Shown: piece after piece, positions 10,451 to 24,200 of the stretch
Position numbering within the stretch: the stretch's first letter is position 1
Layout of the letters: each line of letters opens with the position of its first letter
NCBI RefSeq assembly: GCF_021028975.2
Contig: NC_059436.1
Coordinates: 31,372,001-31,436,000, forward strand
Length of the DNA stretch: 64,000 nt
Direction of reading: 5' to 3'
Source: Sphaerodactylus townsendi
Taxonomy: Eukaryota
Notes under the pieces: generated by a model
What the model was told of the DNA's origin: nothing
Seen by the model: the letters and a program-made list of their open reading frames with translations, nothing else
Database searches by the model: none
Translations under genes and position numbers: made by a program

Positions 10451-13400
10451 ACTAGCTGTGCTTCTCCGTTCCTGAATTCTGGGTGAGATCTGAATGCTAG
10501 ATTCCTTTGTAAGTTCTTGGATTTACTGAAACTGATGTCCTTTGATTTCTGGATGTCTGTTTCTATTCAGCTATGTTTATTGGCTGTTCAGTTTTAATTT
10601 CTGTTGGAGGTGATTCAATGAATTGTTTTTAACAACGTTGGATGGTTTGTATTGTTTTAATCTTTGCTGTTAACGACCCCGAGTCCCTTTGAAGGCCTGG
10701 ATATAAATATTTCAAGAAACAACTGAACCACACGCACTATTGTCTGAAAGACGAATGCCTGGCTCACCCACACTACTTTCTGACTTGTCAGAACATCAAC
10801 ACACAAATCTTGTACAAAAAAGGGGCTGATGCATCTCAGAAGTGACCCTCAGAATCCCTGTATTCCACATGCATATAATAGGGATGATGCCGAGGTTCAA
10901 GGTTTGTGATGATATTTTGCTCCACAAGCCTGCTGTGAACAAAGCCTACAGTTCTCCTCAAGGTGTAGCTTAGCTGGACTTGCCATCATCCAGTCCTCCC
11001 TGTTGGTTCTCATTGGGAGCAGTGATGAGGGCTGGCAGGGTTTTACAGTCCTCGTGAGAGCTCCAGACAAGGCTAGGCAACCCCTGCCCTCCCCCAGCAT
11101 GTGTGCCAACAGCATCATTCCAGATCACTTTGCTTGTCATCCAGAGCCAGATTTCTACCCAAACAACAGAAGCCTTGGCCATATTACCGGTGTCCGTGGT
11201 GCAGAGAAAGCAACAGGCATGGTTTATATCCATCATCACCTCCTAGGCCTGCACAGCCGCCTGCTGAATCCAAAGCAAATCCCTGAGATTTTGGCTTGCT
11301 TCAACCACGCCTGGCTAAGTACAACCTTCACCTTGCCATCCTCTGCCATTTTGTTTGATGGAGACACCAGCATTTTCACAAGTAGACATTGTATTATATT
11401 TGGTACTTGGGCCAAAAATGTTGCCTATCCAGGTTCCAGGACATGCTTAAGAATATCTGTTGCCATTGGGTTACATGATGATTGCCATTTCCGTTGGAGT
11501 TTCAAACACACAGGTGGGACCTGATGTCTCCTGGAAATAGAACTGGTCTTCAGATTACACAGAGGAAATGGAGTGCAGGTTCTATGGCATTGCATCCCTG
11601 CTCAGATCCAACCCCTTCCCAACTTCTGCCCTCACAAATCTCCAGGAATTTGTCAAGCTGGAATCAGTAGCCCTACATCCAGTGAATTCCAGCACAATCC
11701 ATTGAATCAAGAGGCATGATACAATGCCCATTTATCTCTTCAGCAGTGAATATAGCTGACCACACTCAAGGGCATCTCTGCCACAAACTTGTTTGGTTGA
11801 GAAAAAGGGAGCAGCGGGAACCTTCCATAGGTTCACCAATTATTGTCTGGAAAATTCTCAGTAAAAATCAGGCAGCTTTTCAATAGGTGCTTTATGAGAG
11901 CTCAGGAAAACTAATCTAATTAGGTGGCAAAGGAGGGAGGGAAAACTCACCCATCGCTAGAACAGGGTAGAAAATCACTGCCTTTGGAGTGCTCTGTATA
12001 GAGATGATCATGATTACCTTTGCCTTACTACCTGCAAAACATGCATCTTGCTCTCTGTAGCATGCCCACCACTTTGCACACAGAAAGCTGGTCGCATTGC
12101 CCTTTGCAAGAAGGTGCTGCCTGTGCCAGCTGTGTTGCTGCCTGGCCTTTTGTATACAGGTACAATGAATGCAATTGCCTCACCTTGCTCAGATCTGTGT
12201 GCAACAAATTGTAGAGACTAGCATTTAATAGGAAGAGGGACACTGCTAATAAAAAACCGCAGCAGAACATGAGTGGTTTCGAGAGCATTTCTTCCTTAAT
12301 TCTGAGCAACTGGTGTTGTTTATTGAATCCCTAACATATTTGCATGTGCAGGCGGGGGGGGGGACCTTCTCCCAGACACTCTGGCAGGCGAATAATTCCC
12401 TTTACACAGAACTGTGAGAAGAATGCAGGTCGGGCAATTAATACAGGTTTTGTGTCTCCCACAAGCTTAAGGAAATGTTCTTTCTTTGTTTCAATCATGA
12501 GAAGGAAACTGGCCACTCTCATAAGTCCGCACACTCCCATCTGCTTCACAGTTTATATATCACTGCTTGAGAAGCATCGGGAAAGAAGGAATCAACACAC
12601 CCAACTGGAGTGACAAGACTTTGACATTTTTTTTGTTAGTCGAGCACAAGGAATTGGTATGGCAGTGGGAGAGAAGGTCAAGTTATGCATCCCAGAGTGA
12701 CAGAATCCGGCCTGTGCTGTGTGGTCAAACCAGGGAGGGGGAGGAGGAGTCTGATATTGGGTAGATTCTGCCATCCATGATCTGGGGATATTCCTCCAAT
12801 CACTTGAGCTGGCCTGCCTCCTCAGAACAAATAATTATCTCAAAACAAAGGCCCCTTCCGCACATGCAGAACAATGCACTTTCAATCCACTTTCAATGCA
12901 CTATGCAGCTGGATTTTACTGTGCGGAATAGCAATACCACGACCCATCAAGGCCAGGAAAATCTGAAGAGCCCTGTTGGCACTCTAAGCAAACCAAGTTT
13001 TAGTGGATAGTTGGTTCCAAACAGCACTTTTTTTTTTAACATGAGCAATGGCCAAATCAGTCATGAGCTATACCACAGCATTTTTCAGTGGTTGATGGGA
13101 AAGCTAAGGAGAACACGGGACAGATTTTCATTGCTAGGTTAAAAAAAACCAAACTTCTCTTTTGCCAGAGTTTTAAGATCTAGCCTTTGCACCTGTCATA
13201 TTCCATATATTCAGTAACTGAACAGATTCCCCCTACAAACCATCCTCTGCAGTCAGCCTAATTAAAGCCAACCTAAACTGAATTACCTGTTTGTATGACC
13301 ATTGACTTCAACTGAATTAGAAGGCTCTAACTATTTTTAGGACACCACTGTCCAACCATTCCATGCATGTGTCTTGTGGAACACTCTCCACATTGCTGAA

Positions 13401-14931
13401 AACTGGCCACAAAAGATTATTTACTGTGATACTGGGAAAGAGATGCTCATGGTTGTTGGTTCGATGCAAAACATGCTGTTTCTAATGTGCAATTTTAGGA
13501 GATGGGAAAAACCACCAACTGCTGAACGCATCTAACTTCCCGTTGAAATTCGATTCATTTTCTCCATTTTCTGAGTTAAAATGGAAAAAATAGAATACCT
13601 TTAACGTTTTTCTGGACAGCTGTTTTCTTTCCTTCTTTTTAACCATTCCTTTGCTCTCCTTTAAAAGAAACCTCTTTTGAATGCATCTTTTGTTTGTTAA
13701 GCTTCCATGTTGAAATTGCTTTGTGGAAGAGAAATGTGCTAATCAAGTTTCCCTTTCTAGACTGCAACAGTATTTTAAAAACTATTCTATTTTACCCGAC
13801 GTCAAGGATTGTTTTGCAATACACACAATAGTTTCACAAAGCAAATAACTTTATGTTTCTTATCAAGGTTTACAGTGTCAGCGGAGTATGTAATTTTAGA
13901 AATGCGATTGTGCAGACTTTCTTACATGAAATACTTTATTGGCAATGACCAATGACACATATATACTTTAAGCCAGTTAATATTTCTATCCCAGCCTGCC
14001 AACATTTCTTTTGAAAATGTAAAGTATCCTCTTTGTTTGTTGAACTGCCATCCTACAAATGCGCATGTCTTTCTGAAACTTCCCTGCCTTCTACTCACCT
14101 ATCAAAAACAGTGTAAGTCAAAGGCTGTCACCAATGTGGCTCACAGCCTCGGCCACTCGGCCTCGGCTGTGAACCACATTAAAACAAAAGAATTGCACAT
14201 AATGTGATTGTTGAAAAACCTGGTGGGGGGGGACTCAGAGCAGATCCGTGCAAAATGCCCCCCTCAACCCTGGTTTTTCACCCGTGTTTCCCGGTTTATT
14301 TGGCTCATGTGGAAAGGGCCAAAGCAAGACTCCTTGAACCTTAAATAAACCCCAGCATTTAAAGGTATGGACAACTCTACTGTGTTGCCATATCTGGATA
14401 CAGGCAGGATTCTATCCTTGGCATGGCTGAAGAAGAGATGGGTGGCTGTTTGGGCTTCTTTGCACATAATTTGGGCTTTGCTCAGCAATGCCAGGAACTG
14501 CAACTTCCCCGTGCCGTCCCCTCATCCCCACTAATCTTGCTTCTCCACTGATGCACTAAAGAGCAAAAGATGTTCTCTGATGAGTTCCACATTGCTGCAA
14601 ACAGTCTTGAATCATCAGCAATTTGCAGTGCGATCCTAAGCACAGTTCAGCCATCAGAGCTCATTGTCTTCAACCGACTTAGAAGGTTTAACTTTGCTTA
14701 GGACTAGTGCTGTCAGAAACCAAAGCAAAGACAGGCACATTGCTGTTTAATGAGCACGGAGGAGAAAAGGCATTGAGAAGGGCCTCTCAAAGCTGAAGTG
14801 GTCTTAATTATGCTGAAGGGTACTCCAAGAACTTGTCAACAGAGACTCAGAGCCACCTGGATCATGCTCTGGCTCCCACCTCTCTTCCCCCACCTGATGG
14901 CTGTACTGCAGCAGCAAGGCAGGATCTGGAC

Positions 14932-15079
14932 CAGGGGTAGGGAACCTGCGGCTCTCCAGATGTTCAGGAACTACAATTCCCATCAGCCCCTACCAGCATG
15001 GCCAATTGGCCATGCTGACAAAGGCTGATGGGAATTGTAGTTCTTGAACATCTGGAGAGCCGCAGGTTCCCTACCCCTG
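14932..15079. mobile_element. Palindromic hAT MITE
   Basis: TIR caggggtagggaacctgcggctctccagatg; perfect 8-bp TSD atctggac (14924-14931 and 15080-15087). Confidence 0.9.
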
Positions 15080-15180
15080 ATCTGGACAAACTGAAAGAGG
15101 AAGCTTCTACCTAATGAGGGGGGGAAGTTTTAGAAAAGCAGACATGATAACCCCACTGGAAGTCCTTCAGGAAAACCCTA

Positions 15181-15503
15181 GAGGAGGAGGAGGAGGAGGA
15201 GAGTTGGATTTATATCCCCCCTTTCTCACCTGCAAGGAGACTCAAAGGGGCTTACAAACTCTTTTCCCTACACCCCCTCACAACAAACACCCTGTGAGGT
15301 AGGTGGGGCTGAGAGACCTCCGAAAAGCTGTGACTAGCCCAAGGTCACCCAGCTGGTGTATGTTGTACTGCACAAGCTAATCTGAATTCCCCAGATAAGT
15401 TTCCACAGCTCAAGTGGCAGAGCCGGGGGTGGGGGGAGGATCAAACCTGGTTCCTCCAGATTAGAGTACACTTGCTCTTAACCACTATGCCACTGCTGCT
15501 CTG
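15181..15503 (-). mobile_element. Squam3-like SINE
   Basis: Reverse complement of the 6815-7124 family, with (GGA)n tail on the plus strand. Confidence 0.85.
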
Positions 15504-15959
15504 CTGAGGGTGAGAGTCTCCTGCAGCCCTGGATATGCTCTTTGGCCCATGTGACCATAACAGTATTTCACCTCTCTGTGTTTCACCTTCCCATCAGTGT
15601 TCATTGACTGACCACTTCCTTTTTGTCTTCCTAGTCAGTCTTGATAGAGAACTGGCTGTAGCTCGTGTGATTTGTTGCACTGGTACAGAAGAAGCAACTG
15701 AAAGCCCCCCCAAGGCTATCACAGTGGCTCAGAAGATTTATAAAAACAAACACAATTTCAACAGTCCTCCATTTACAAACTGACCTGCATTCCTCTCAGA
15801 ATCTCTTCCAGCTCAGCCCCCATACTGCCCATAAATTCCACCTGACCATCTTGGGTTAGTTCACTCTCTCAGCAGTAACATCTGGAATCTATCTGCGGTA
15901 TTTGTTGGAATGGAATCCATGATTTTTCCGTCAACCTCGATCATAAGTTAGCAGCCTCG

Positions 15960-16049
15960 TCCTCCCTCCCTCCCTCCCTCCCTCCCCCCTCCCTCCCTCC
16001 CTTCCTTCCTTCCTTCCTTCCTTCCTTCCTTCCTTCCTTCCTTCCTTCC
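15960..16049. repeat. (CCCT)n(CCTT)n microsatellite
   Basis: Pure pyrimidine tetranucleotide run. Confidence 0.95.
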
Positions 16050-16501
16050 AAGAACCTCAGGGTAGTGTATCTAGTTTTCCACTCCTGCATTTTCTTATAA
16101 AGAATCCTATGAAGCAGGCCAGGTTGAAAAATACCAATTGGTTCAAGATAACCCTATAAATTCCAGAATAAATTGGTGATTTGAATCCATATCTCCTCTT
16201 TCCCAGTGTGATACTTTAACCCCTGTGCCATGCTGGCTATCAATTCATATACCTGTCTGTCAATACATGAGAATAAATGACCAGTCCCTTCTCCTCTGTC
16301 ATCCTAATCCTATTGTTTGATTCCTCACTCCTTCACAGCGAACTCTAATCTGGTGAACCAGATTAGTTTCCTCACTCCAACACATGAAGCCTGGTGGGCG
16401 AGTGTGGGCTAGTCATACTTCTCTTCAAACTGTCTCAGCCCCAACTACCTCACAAGGTGTCTATTTTGGGGAGGGGAAGGAAGGTGATTGTAAACCACTT
16501 T

Positions 16502-16642
16502 GGCCCCTTCCACACATGCAGAATAATGCACTTTCAATTCACTTCCACAACTGTTTGCAAGGGGATTTTGCTGTTCCGCACAGCTGCAAAGTGCACTGAA
16601 AGTGGATTAAAAGTGCATTATTCTGCATGTGTGGAAGGGGCC
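16502..16642. mobile_element. PIF/Harbinger-type MITE inserted in a SINE (16335-16700)
   Basis: TIR ggccccttccacacatgcagaataatgcactttcaa. 3-bp TSD ttt; removing the MITE restores the SINE sequence aaccactttgac. Confidence 0.88.
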
Positions 16643-17098
16643 TTTGACAGTCTCCTTAAAGGTAGAGAAAAATGGGGGGTAAAAACCAACTCTTCTTAGC
16701 CTGGTGGGAATCCTTGTCCTGACTGCAGATATGAGTTCTAAATGCACAGAACTTCCCCCTTCCATGCTGGTGTGATGTTTCTCTCCCCTTCAGACACTAC
16801 CAGTTCCTGTAGAAGATCTGTTCTCCCCAAGGATCTGAACTTTATTGAATGCTAACTCTGTGCAGCTGTTAAAGAAGCTGCTTGTGATCATCTCATTAAA
16901 CTCATCTTTCCCAGAGGAGAATTGGAAAGGCAGCCTTGATGGATTAGGAAAAGTGTCCAAGGAATCATCCGAGGTGCCAAACAACTTCCCCAAAATGTGT
17001 ATACAGTTATCCAGAGTGTCTGGAAATATGAAGTGATCTAATCCACAATGAATACCTGGAGGGACCTGATGTTTCTTGTGGGCGAGAAAGTGATGTTT

Positions 17099-17239
17099 GG
17101 CTCCTTCCGCACATGCAGAATAATGCACTTTCAAACTGCTTTCAGTGCTCTTTGAAGCTGTGCGGAATAGCAAAATCCACTTGCAAACAGTTGTGAAAGT
17201 GGTTTGAAAACGCATTATTCTGCGTGTGCGGAAGGGGCC
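17099..17239. mobile_element. PIF/Harbinger-type MITE
   Basis: Same TIR family; 3-bp TSD ttt. Confidence 0.88.
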
Positions 17240-17274
17240 TTTGTGAGTTTACTGTCCCAATAACAATGCCCAAG

Positions 17275-17455
17275 GGAGGGCCAAGGCTCAATGGAAGAGC
17301 CTCTGCCATGCATGCAGAAATTCCTGGCTTCAGTCCCCAGTACCTTCATTTAAAAGACCTGAAACCCTGGAGAGCCACTGCCAGACTGAATAGACAATAC
17401 TGACCTTGGTGGCCAAAGGTCTAATTCAGTATAAGGTAGCTTCATGTGTATTTCA
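17275..17455 (+). mobile_element. tRNA-derived SINE with CR1-like 3' tail
   Basis: Head ggctcaatggaagagc...ttcagtcccc; tail agacaatactgacctt...cagtataaggtagcttcatgtg. Relatives at ~47095-47305(+), ~49560-49750(+) and ~59255-59440(-). Confidence 0.7.
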
Positions 17456-18011
17456 TGTGTCTCAGGAGCATTAAGGGTGTCCGTGCTTTGGCTGCTGCTT
17501 TCAAGTTCCTTGTCATGCTGAGTTCACAATCCTCCCGCTGTGGTATTTCTCACTGTATATTTGAAAAGGAAGCAGAGCCCTGAGTTTGTAGCGAGAAATC
17601 CTTCCCTCTGGCCATTTCCAGGTCACAACCTTTAGCGACTGTAGACAACTTTCTTTTCATTTTTGATTATTTTTCCCCTTGATTTAATCCATTGCTAATT
17701 TATTGCCACAATTATATCAGGGAACCAGAGTGCAACACACAGGAATCCCTTGAAGGTTGCTAATTGTAACTGGAACGATGCTGTACAAGAAGTTAATTGA
17801 GAGGAAAGCTGTAGCGCCTAAAAGCCACAGGAGGAAACAGGGAAGCTCTGCAAATTAGAAAAGCATCTGCAGTTCCCCAACACAGAGATTTCCCAATCCC
17901 CCAGCCCCTGCTTGCTGCTTACTGGTTTGTAAGACAGGACATAAATGGGAACTGCAACATATCAGTATGATATGTTGTTAATTGTTGCCGTGACCAGTAA
18001 TGTCAAGCTTA

Positions 18012-18162
18012 GGGCCCTTCTGCACATGCAGAATAATGCACTTTCAATCCATTTTCACAATTGTTTGCAAGTGGATTTTGCTATTCCGCACAGTAAAATC
18101 TAGCTGCAAAGTGCCTTGAAAGTGGATTGAAAGTGCATTATTTTGCATGTGCAGAAGGGACC
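18012..18162. mobile_element. PIF/Harbinger-type MITE
   Basis: Same TIR family; flanks tta/tca. Confidence 0.85.
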
Positions 18163-18311
18163 TCAGAGTATATGATGCAATACTGTATATGTTTTTATCT
18201 GGTATTTTTTTTTTTGTATCCCGCCCTTTCCCCACAGGGCTCAGGGTGGGTTTTTTATGATTTGTTGGCTCTAATTATAGTTTTTATATTGACTTTTATG
18301 GTTTTATTTTA

Positions 18312-18452
18312 GGCCCCTTCCGCACACGCAAAATAATGCGTTTTCAAACCACGTTCACAACTGTTTGCAAGTGGATTTTGCCATTCCGCACAGCTTCAAA
18401 GAGCACTGAAAGCAGTTTGAAAGTGCATTATTCTGCATGTGCGGAATGAGCC
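18312..18452. mobile_element. PIF/Harbinger-type MITE
   Basis: Same TIR family; canonical 3-bp TSD tta (18309-18311 and 18453-18455). Further copies at 12850-12935 (partial), 34986-35136, 50261-50401 and 52953-53127. Confidence 0.9.
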
Positions 18453-19310
18453 TTATTTCACTGTGTGAGCCACCTCAAGCCTGTCTCTAGAGAGGCAATA
18501 CTGAAATTTTCTGAATCAGTTAAATTCAAGAATTGGTAGCATATCATTCAGAGACACACAATGCTGCATTCACACATCACTGAATATTATAGCAATTGCT
18601 GACCTGGATTCTCTTCACTGTACAGGAAAATCCATCCATAAATTACTGCTATTGCACAACAGTTGTACAATATCCATGGAGGTATAGATGCAGCTTGCTT
18701 TTCCAGCAAGGACTATTTCCAGCAAGGACTCATGTTCTGTTGCTTCCAACTACTTTGATAAATGTGGGCCAAAATATGAATGCTCCTGTCTCTACCTTTG
18801 TTGCAGTTCAGCATTTGGGGATAGAATTCTGCTTTTGTTACCCTCGTCAGAATTCATTTGCACCAGTGATTGAACCGTCAGGATGAGTCTAGAAGGCTGG
18901 AGTTATTTTTGGACACATTTCCAAGAAAACCCTTCTGCCATCTCATAGTCTATGAGACCCATGTGAAAGAAGATCATTGGAAGCACTGCATGTGGGAAGG
19001 CAATGGGTTCAACCTGCCTCCAAGACTGGGACCATCACAGGCCAAAGTGCTAATCATCCAGAATTATTCATCAGAACACCGTCGTGTTATTCAAGGAAGA
19101 TCTGACATTCGTTATAGGCTGCTGTGACAAACTATCTCTAGACCTATAAACTAGGGATTTAAAATTTTACAAACCGCAAACTTCTTTTAGCTTTTGCCCT
19201 CTTTTATACTTTTTATAACTAGGGCTTTTGGGACGATGTAATCTGCTGGTCCTCAGCGAGGACAATGCCTGATGCTACCCAGTATTCATTTGGGCTATTA
19301 TAGAGGGATT

Positions 19311-19717
19311 AACGCTCTCCCTCCAGCTGTCCGGGCCCTGCGGGTCCTCGGTGAGTTCCACAGGGCCTGTAAGACGGAGCTGTTCCATCGGGCCTTTGGA
19401 GGAACCGGCCACTGATGGTGCCACCACCACCCCCCCCCCCCCGGCCCCTTACATCTGGGCCGTTTGTCACCTAATGGGACTCGCCGTCCCTCCCTCTTGG
19501 GGAGAGGACTTTGAAAATGGAGCTGTCGGATGCCACTTATATTTATACTTGTATTTATTACACTTATTATACTTAGTTTTTACTGTTCCTATCGCTGCTT
19601 TTAAAGGTTTTTAGCTATCTTATGACTATATTATGTTTATATGTTGTGCACCGCCTGGAGCCCCTCGGGGATAGGGCGGTATAAAAGTTTAAAGAATAAA
19701 TAAATGAATAAATAAAT
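19311..19717 (+). mobile_element. 5'-truncated L2-clade LINE 3' end (relatively young)
   Basis: Encodes NALPPAVRALRVLGEFHRACKTELFHRAFGGTGH*, the L2 ORF2 C-terminal pattern. 3' stem-loop ccgcctggagcccctcggggatagggcgg and (AAAT)n tail. Related tails at 27680-27890 and 55395-55648. Confidence 0.8.
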
Positions 19718-19789
19718 TATAGGCTTGAATGAACCACACAGTAGGCTTCATGAAAACTGCTAACAAACAGGTTTATTTGATATGTATAC

Positions 19790-19960
19790 CAGGGCCTTGG
19801 CAGATATTGACAGCTAAGCAGGATCATTACTTGGATGGGAGATCACCAAGAAAGACTTTGCAGAGGACAGCAGTGGCAAACCACCTCTGCTTAATCACTT
19901 GCCTTCAAACCCTACAGGGTCCCCACAAGTCAGCTAGGACTTGACGACACTTTACACACA
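19790..19960 (+). mobile_element. 5S-derived/Sauria-type SINE with RTE-like tail
   Basis: 5S-like agctaagcagg...tacttggatgggag; tail aagtcagctaggacttgacgacac. Relatives at 22995-23180, 26735-26970 and 44790-44980(-). Confidence 0.65.
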
Positions 19961-20164
19961 CATTTGTATGACTTAGTTGTTTCTTTGTTTTCCTTTTCTT
20001 CAGCCTTCTCAGTATTACAGTGGCAAAGTTGTTGGAGAGCTGGTGCCTAAACAAACATTAACAGTTACAAAGCAGGTTTCTTGTTTGACTTATTCAGACA
20101 TATGACATGGTCATAAAGGCATTTAACTTTTAACTATTTTTGACAGGAACAGCACCCAAACAGT

Positions 20165-20662
20165 GGCCCATTCTGCAGAAGTCATTTAAAATGTTTTTAA
20201 AACATTTGCAAAACATTTTAAATCCCCCTGTTTGTTTGCACTCACCCGCTCGAAATGATTCCTGGCCGCTGTTGTGTGGTTGTCCCATTTTGTTTTGGGT
20301 TTTTTTTGTTTGTGGATCTGATGCTATGAAACTTCAAAGCCTCATGCGGTGATTCTCTAGAGTCTAGGGGTTGTGTCTTCGAAGCTACAGAGACACAACC
20401 TGCACAATTTAAAAAAAACTGATGAAAATACAGCATGAGACAGCCGGCGCAAACTCAGAAAATGGCACCAATGAGGAAGTCTGGGAAGCATGGGAAACAT
20501 CTTAAAGAGATCACACAGCAAGTGAAAATGTTTTCAAAAAAAGTATCGGAGGGAATGGGATGGAAATAAAATATCTGGGGTTAAAAACGTTGTGGAATGT
20601 CAGGGAGGAAATGTTTTATTTCTTGCCTCAAAACATTTTATTTGGGTTGTGCAGAATGGACC
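20165..20662. mobile_element. Longer Harbinger-type MITE
   Basis: TIRs ggcccattctgcagaa and ttgtgcagaatggacc; repeated subterminal aaaacatttt/aaaatgtttt motifs. Confidence 0.6.
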
Positions 20663-20728
20663 AATACATTTCTTCAAAACACCTAAATCCCCAATGAACT
20701 CCCTGCCTAACCAGCAGACCTTCTAACC

Positions 20729-21205
20729 CTGTGATGACGAACCTATGGCACAGGTGCCAGAGGTGGCACTTGGAGCCCTCTCTGTGGGCATGCACACACA
20801 GAGTTCGTCATGTGTGGGGCGGAAAATCACCCCCCCACACACACACACACACACATCTAGGCTGGCCTGGGCCACTGAGCACAACGTGCGCACACCGTGG
20901 TGAGCAGGGAGGACTCGCCTGGCGGGCCTGGTGCCTGTGCTCTAGGTGGCTGCTGCCTGGGGAGGGGGTGCAGAGGAGGCAGAGATTCTAGAGAGGCCCA
21001 GAGTAGTGCGCTCAAGACTTGCTGGAGGCTAGAGCAGGCTGGCCCCTTCTCAAGCTGGTGGGGCAGAGGAAGAGGGAGCCAACCAGTTTTTACTAAACTA
21101 AAACCTCAGCATTCAGGGTAACTGCCGAGTTGGCACTTTGCGATAAATAAGTGGGGGTTGGGTTGCAATTTGGGCACTCGGTCTCAAAAAGGTTCGCCAT
21201 CACTG
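20729..21205 (+). mobile_element. Non-autonomous hAT transposon (CAGTGATGGCGAACC-type TIR)
   Basis: TIRs ctgtgatgacgaacct and aggttcgccatcactg; perfect 8-bp TSD ttctaacc (20721-20728 and 21206-21213). Confidence 0.9.
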
Positions 21206-24200
21206 TTCTAACCCATCTCTAGCCAAAATCCAGCAACCCCAACTCTGTCAGTTGACCAGCAATTAAGCTGCCAAGCTCCTTTTCTTTTTCAGCATTCCAA
21301 CCCACCCTTTGAAAGTGATTGTCTGAAGCTCCTGCGGGAGGCAGGCAAACCATCTATCACAGCATCCAATAACAAAAGAAGACAAAACCAGCGGTACAAG
21401 GCCAGGTTATTGGCAGGACATTTACAAAATTTACCAATTAATCATGTTGTCGATAGACCTGCCTTGCATCAAGAGTTTTTTCTTCACTTTGCTGTACAAC
21501 ATGCCTTTCTGTGGCTGCTGGGTGTCCAATACGCACAACTTCACATGTCACTGGAACTGCAAATAAAGAAGCAGGTCACATCTTTTCTTGCTCACGCAGT
21601 CAGCAGACCCTAGTTGTGTTTGGCTTTTGGTGCAGGATTGCCTCAAGTGAGACGGTCTGAAGAAACTTAAGGAGGAGGGAGGAGAAAAACAATTATGGCA
21701 ACTTTTAAGAAATTAAGCTGAGCCTGGCAGAGTTTCCAAGAACGGCATCTCTCTCTGTGTGTGTGTGTGTGTGAATAGCTGGTGATTCCCTTCAGCAAAA
21801 CAATCTTCTGAAGGAGCAGCTGTGTCACATGGTCAACAAATCTGTGAAGACCATCTGATCTATTCAGCCAACACAATTCTTCATGAATCAGCTAACAGTC
21901 CTGGATTACTATACCTAAAACTTCCAATCCTTTTGTATTTCATGTCTCCCCTGGGTCTGAATAAAGCCCTGAGCTTCATCTGCTCAAAATATTGAAGATA
22001 AGCACAGAAAGCAGTCATGGCTTTCCCCCTTGAGAACTCATTATGGGTGATTCTCTCAAGAGGCATTATTGGGGCAAGACTCAAGTTAACTTGTTTCCTT
22101 TGATTCCCTGAAGACATTTTCATTTTCTGTCTTCTCAATAAATGGGCTCTCACAATAAGTGGAATCAACATATCTCCCCTTTGTTTGTTGTAGTGGCACT
22201 ATACAGGCTGCAATTCAGGAGGAGGGGGGGTCTTTAAATTCACAGCAAAGAGGGGGAGGCTAATAAATAAATCTTTGCACTCTTTACCAAAACTTCCCTA
22301 CTGCTGTGTTGGTTCGCTAAGCTTGCTCTATCATAGGCCAAGATGGCTACCTGAAATTTAAAACATGGTGAGGGGTGGAAGGGGTGGGGCTGGAATATAT
22401 GGCTGATTAACCGATTAATCAATGAAAAACTTTTCAATCAAGTAAAACACTGCTCTTCATCAGGCAGCAAAAGTTTTGATCATTTTATACATGTAGGGTT
22501 GGATCCAGACTAAATTTTCTACTAGTAGAAGGACAGGTGTCGATTTTGCCAGTTCTCCTGTTGCAGAGGGTTTGCCTCATTCTATGCCCGATGGTCGGTA
22601 GACCTCCCAAAAGCTACATTTCAGTGAGATCAAGAGCAAAGGAGGGGAAAGCATGAAAGTTCTGTTTCACTAACAGAAGAAATTTTGTCTGAGTCCAGAC
22701 CATGCTAATTATAAACAGAAGATAAGCATCATCTTAGAAAGGGCCAGAGGGAGGCTATTCTGCTAGGTATTTACAGTGACATTAATGTGTATCACTTGAA
22801 AACAAAATCTATACCACTGTCTTTAATATGAGTGGTTTTATTATGCGATTTCAGCAAACTGAACTGATTTCACTTATCAAGTACAAATCACATGATTACA
22901 AAATCTTTAATCAGGTGACAGCTATAACTGAAGTTTCCCATCGCTAGGCTGGTAAAAGGTAATACTAAATGAGCAGCTTAGGAGTCCCCAGCTTAGCCTG
23001 AAATTGTCAGAGCTTGGAAATCAAGCAGCATTGGCTACAGCTAGCACTTGGATGGGAAACCACCAAGAAAGTCGGGGGCTGATCGGCAGAGGAAGGCAAT
23101 GGCGAACTACCTCTGTTTCTCTCTTGCCTGGAATAGCTCATGGAGGAGGTTGCAGTGAGACTATTATGACTTGACAGCATCTTTTTCTTCTTCCCCATCA
23201 GCCTGTTTCAGGCACTTATTAAAAAAAACAAGGTCTGGTTTGTAAACAAACCTAGGTGCGCATACATTTGAATGCATTCACTTGGGCAAAGGACAATTGC
23301 AGCTTGAGTTGTAATTACATTGTACATTTTCATTTATTAGCCACCTTTCTTCTTTGCAGAACTCAAGGCAGCTCACAGGATAAACAAAACATTATAAAAA
23401 CGGAAGAAAGCAATGATAATACCCACAAAAGTCACAGTTTAAAAGCTCTAATTAGGACTTTCTTTCAACCCTCCTGTTCTTAGACCAAGATCTTGAACAA
23501 TCAAATCATAAAACTTAAATAAGACCTTTGTGTAAAAACACCTCCCCTCAATTCATCTCTGCAGCCTCTAAGAAACGAGCAACAAAATAAGTATGATGAG
23601 GGTTAAAGTCCTCAAAGAGGAACTGAAGCTTTTGCTCCAAAATTGCTTGAGAAAACATGGACCATTTTCCATTTATTAAAACATGGTACAATCCATTTTA
23701 GCCTCAATTGAGATACATCCTGGCATTGCAAAAGGCTATATACCAAGGACTGAAATGAAGGGGACGGGTCACAGCCTGTCTGTCTGAAAAGGGGATCTTT
23801 GGCAGATGAACCAGCAAAACCATTGAAAAGGGGCAATTAAATCTCGCATGCCTAAATGTTCTACATATCTTTAAACTAACCAGAGAGTCCAAATAAGGAG
23901 GAATATTGTCTTCAGCCTGAAGGTCTTTCAAGCATCAAAATGTGTGTAACTCTTTCTTCTAAGTGTAGATCAGTTTGGCCAGATGTTTTATACACTGATC
24001 TGCAGAAAAAGAGAAAAGGGTCCTTCACTTTCAGATTTCAGGTGATAAGTTGTGTTTAAAAAGCTGGAGCCGGGGGCCATTTATTTATTTATCACATTTA
24101 TACCCTGCCAGTCTCGCAAGAACTCAGAGCCTCACAAGAGCCTTGGGGGTGTCCTGGAGACAATTGTCTCCGGGTGCCATTTACCCCAGGTACGCCTCTG

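Noticed and set aside
11003-11524. 173-aa plus-strand ORF
   Set aside because: Non-ATG start, no recognisable domain, no convincing splice context; consistent with a chance ORF.
21432-21556. Exon-like segment on the minus strand (tttatttgcag ... ttg|gtaaat)
   Set aside because: All three frames contain stops. It could be a lncRNA exon, but nothing in the sequence supports it.
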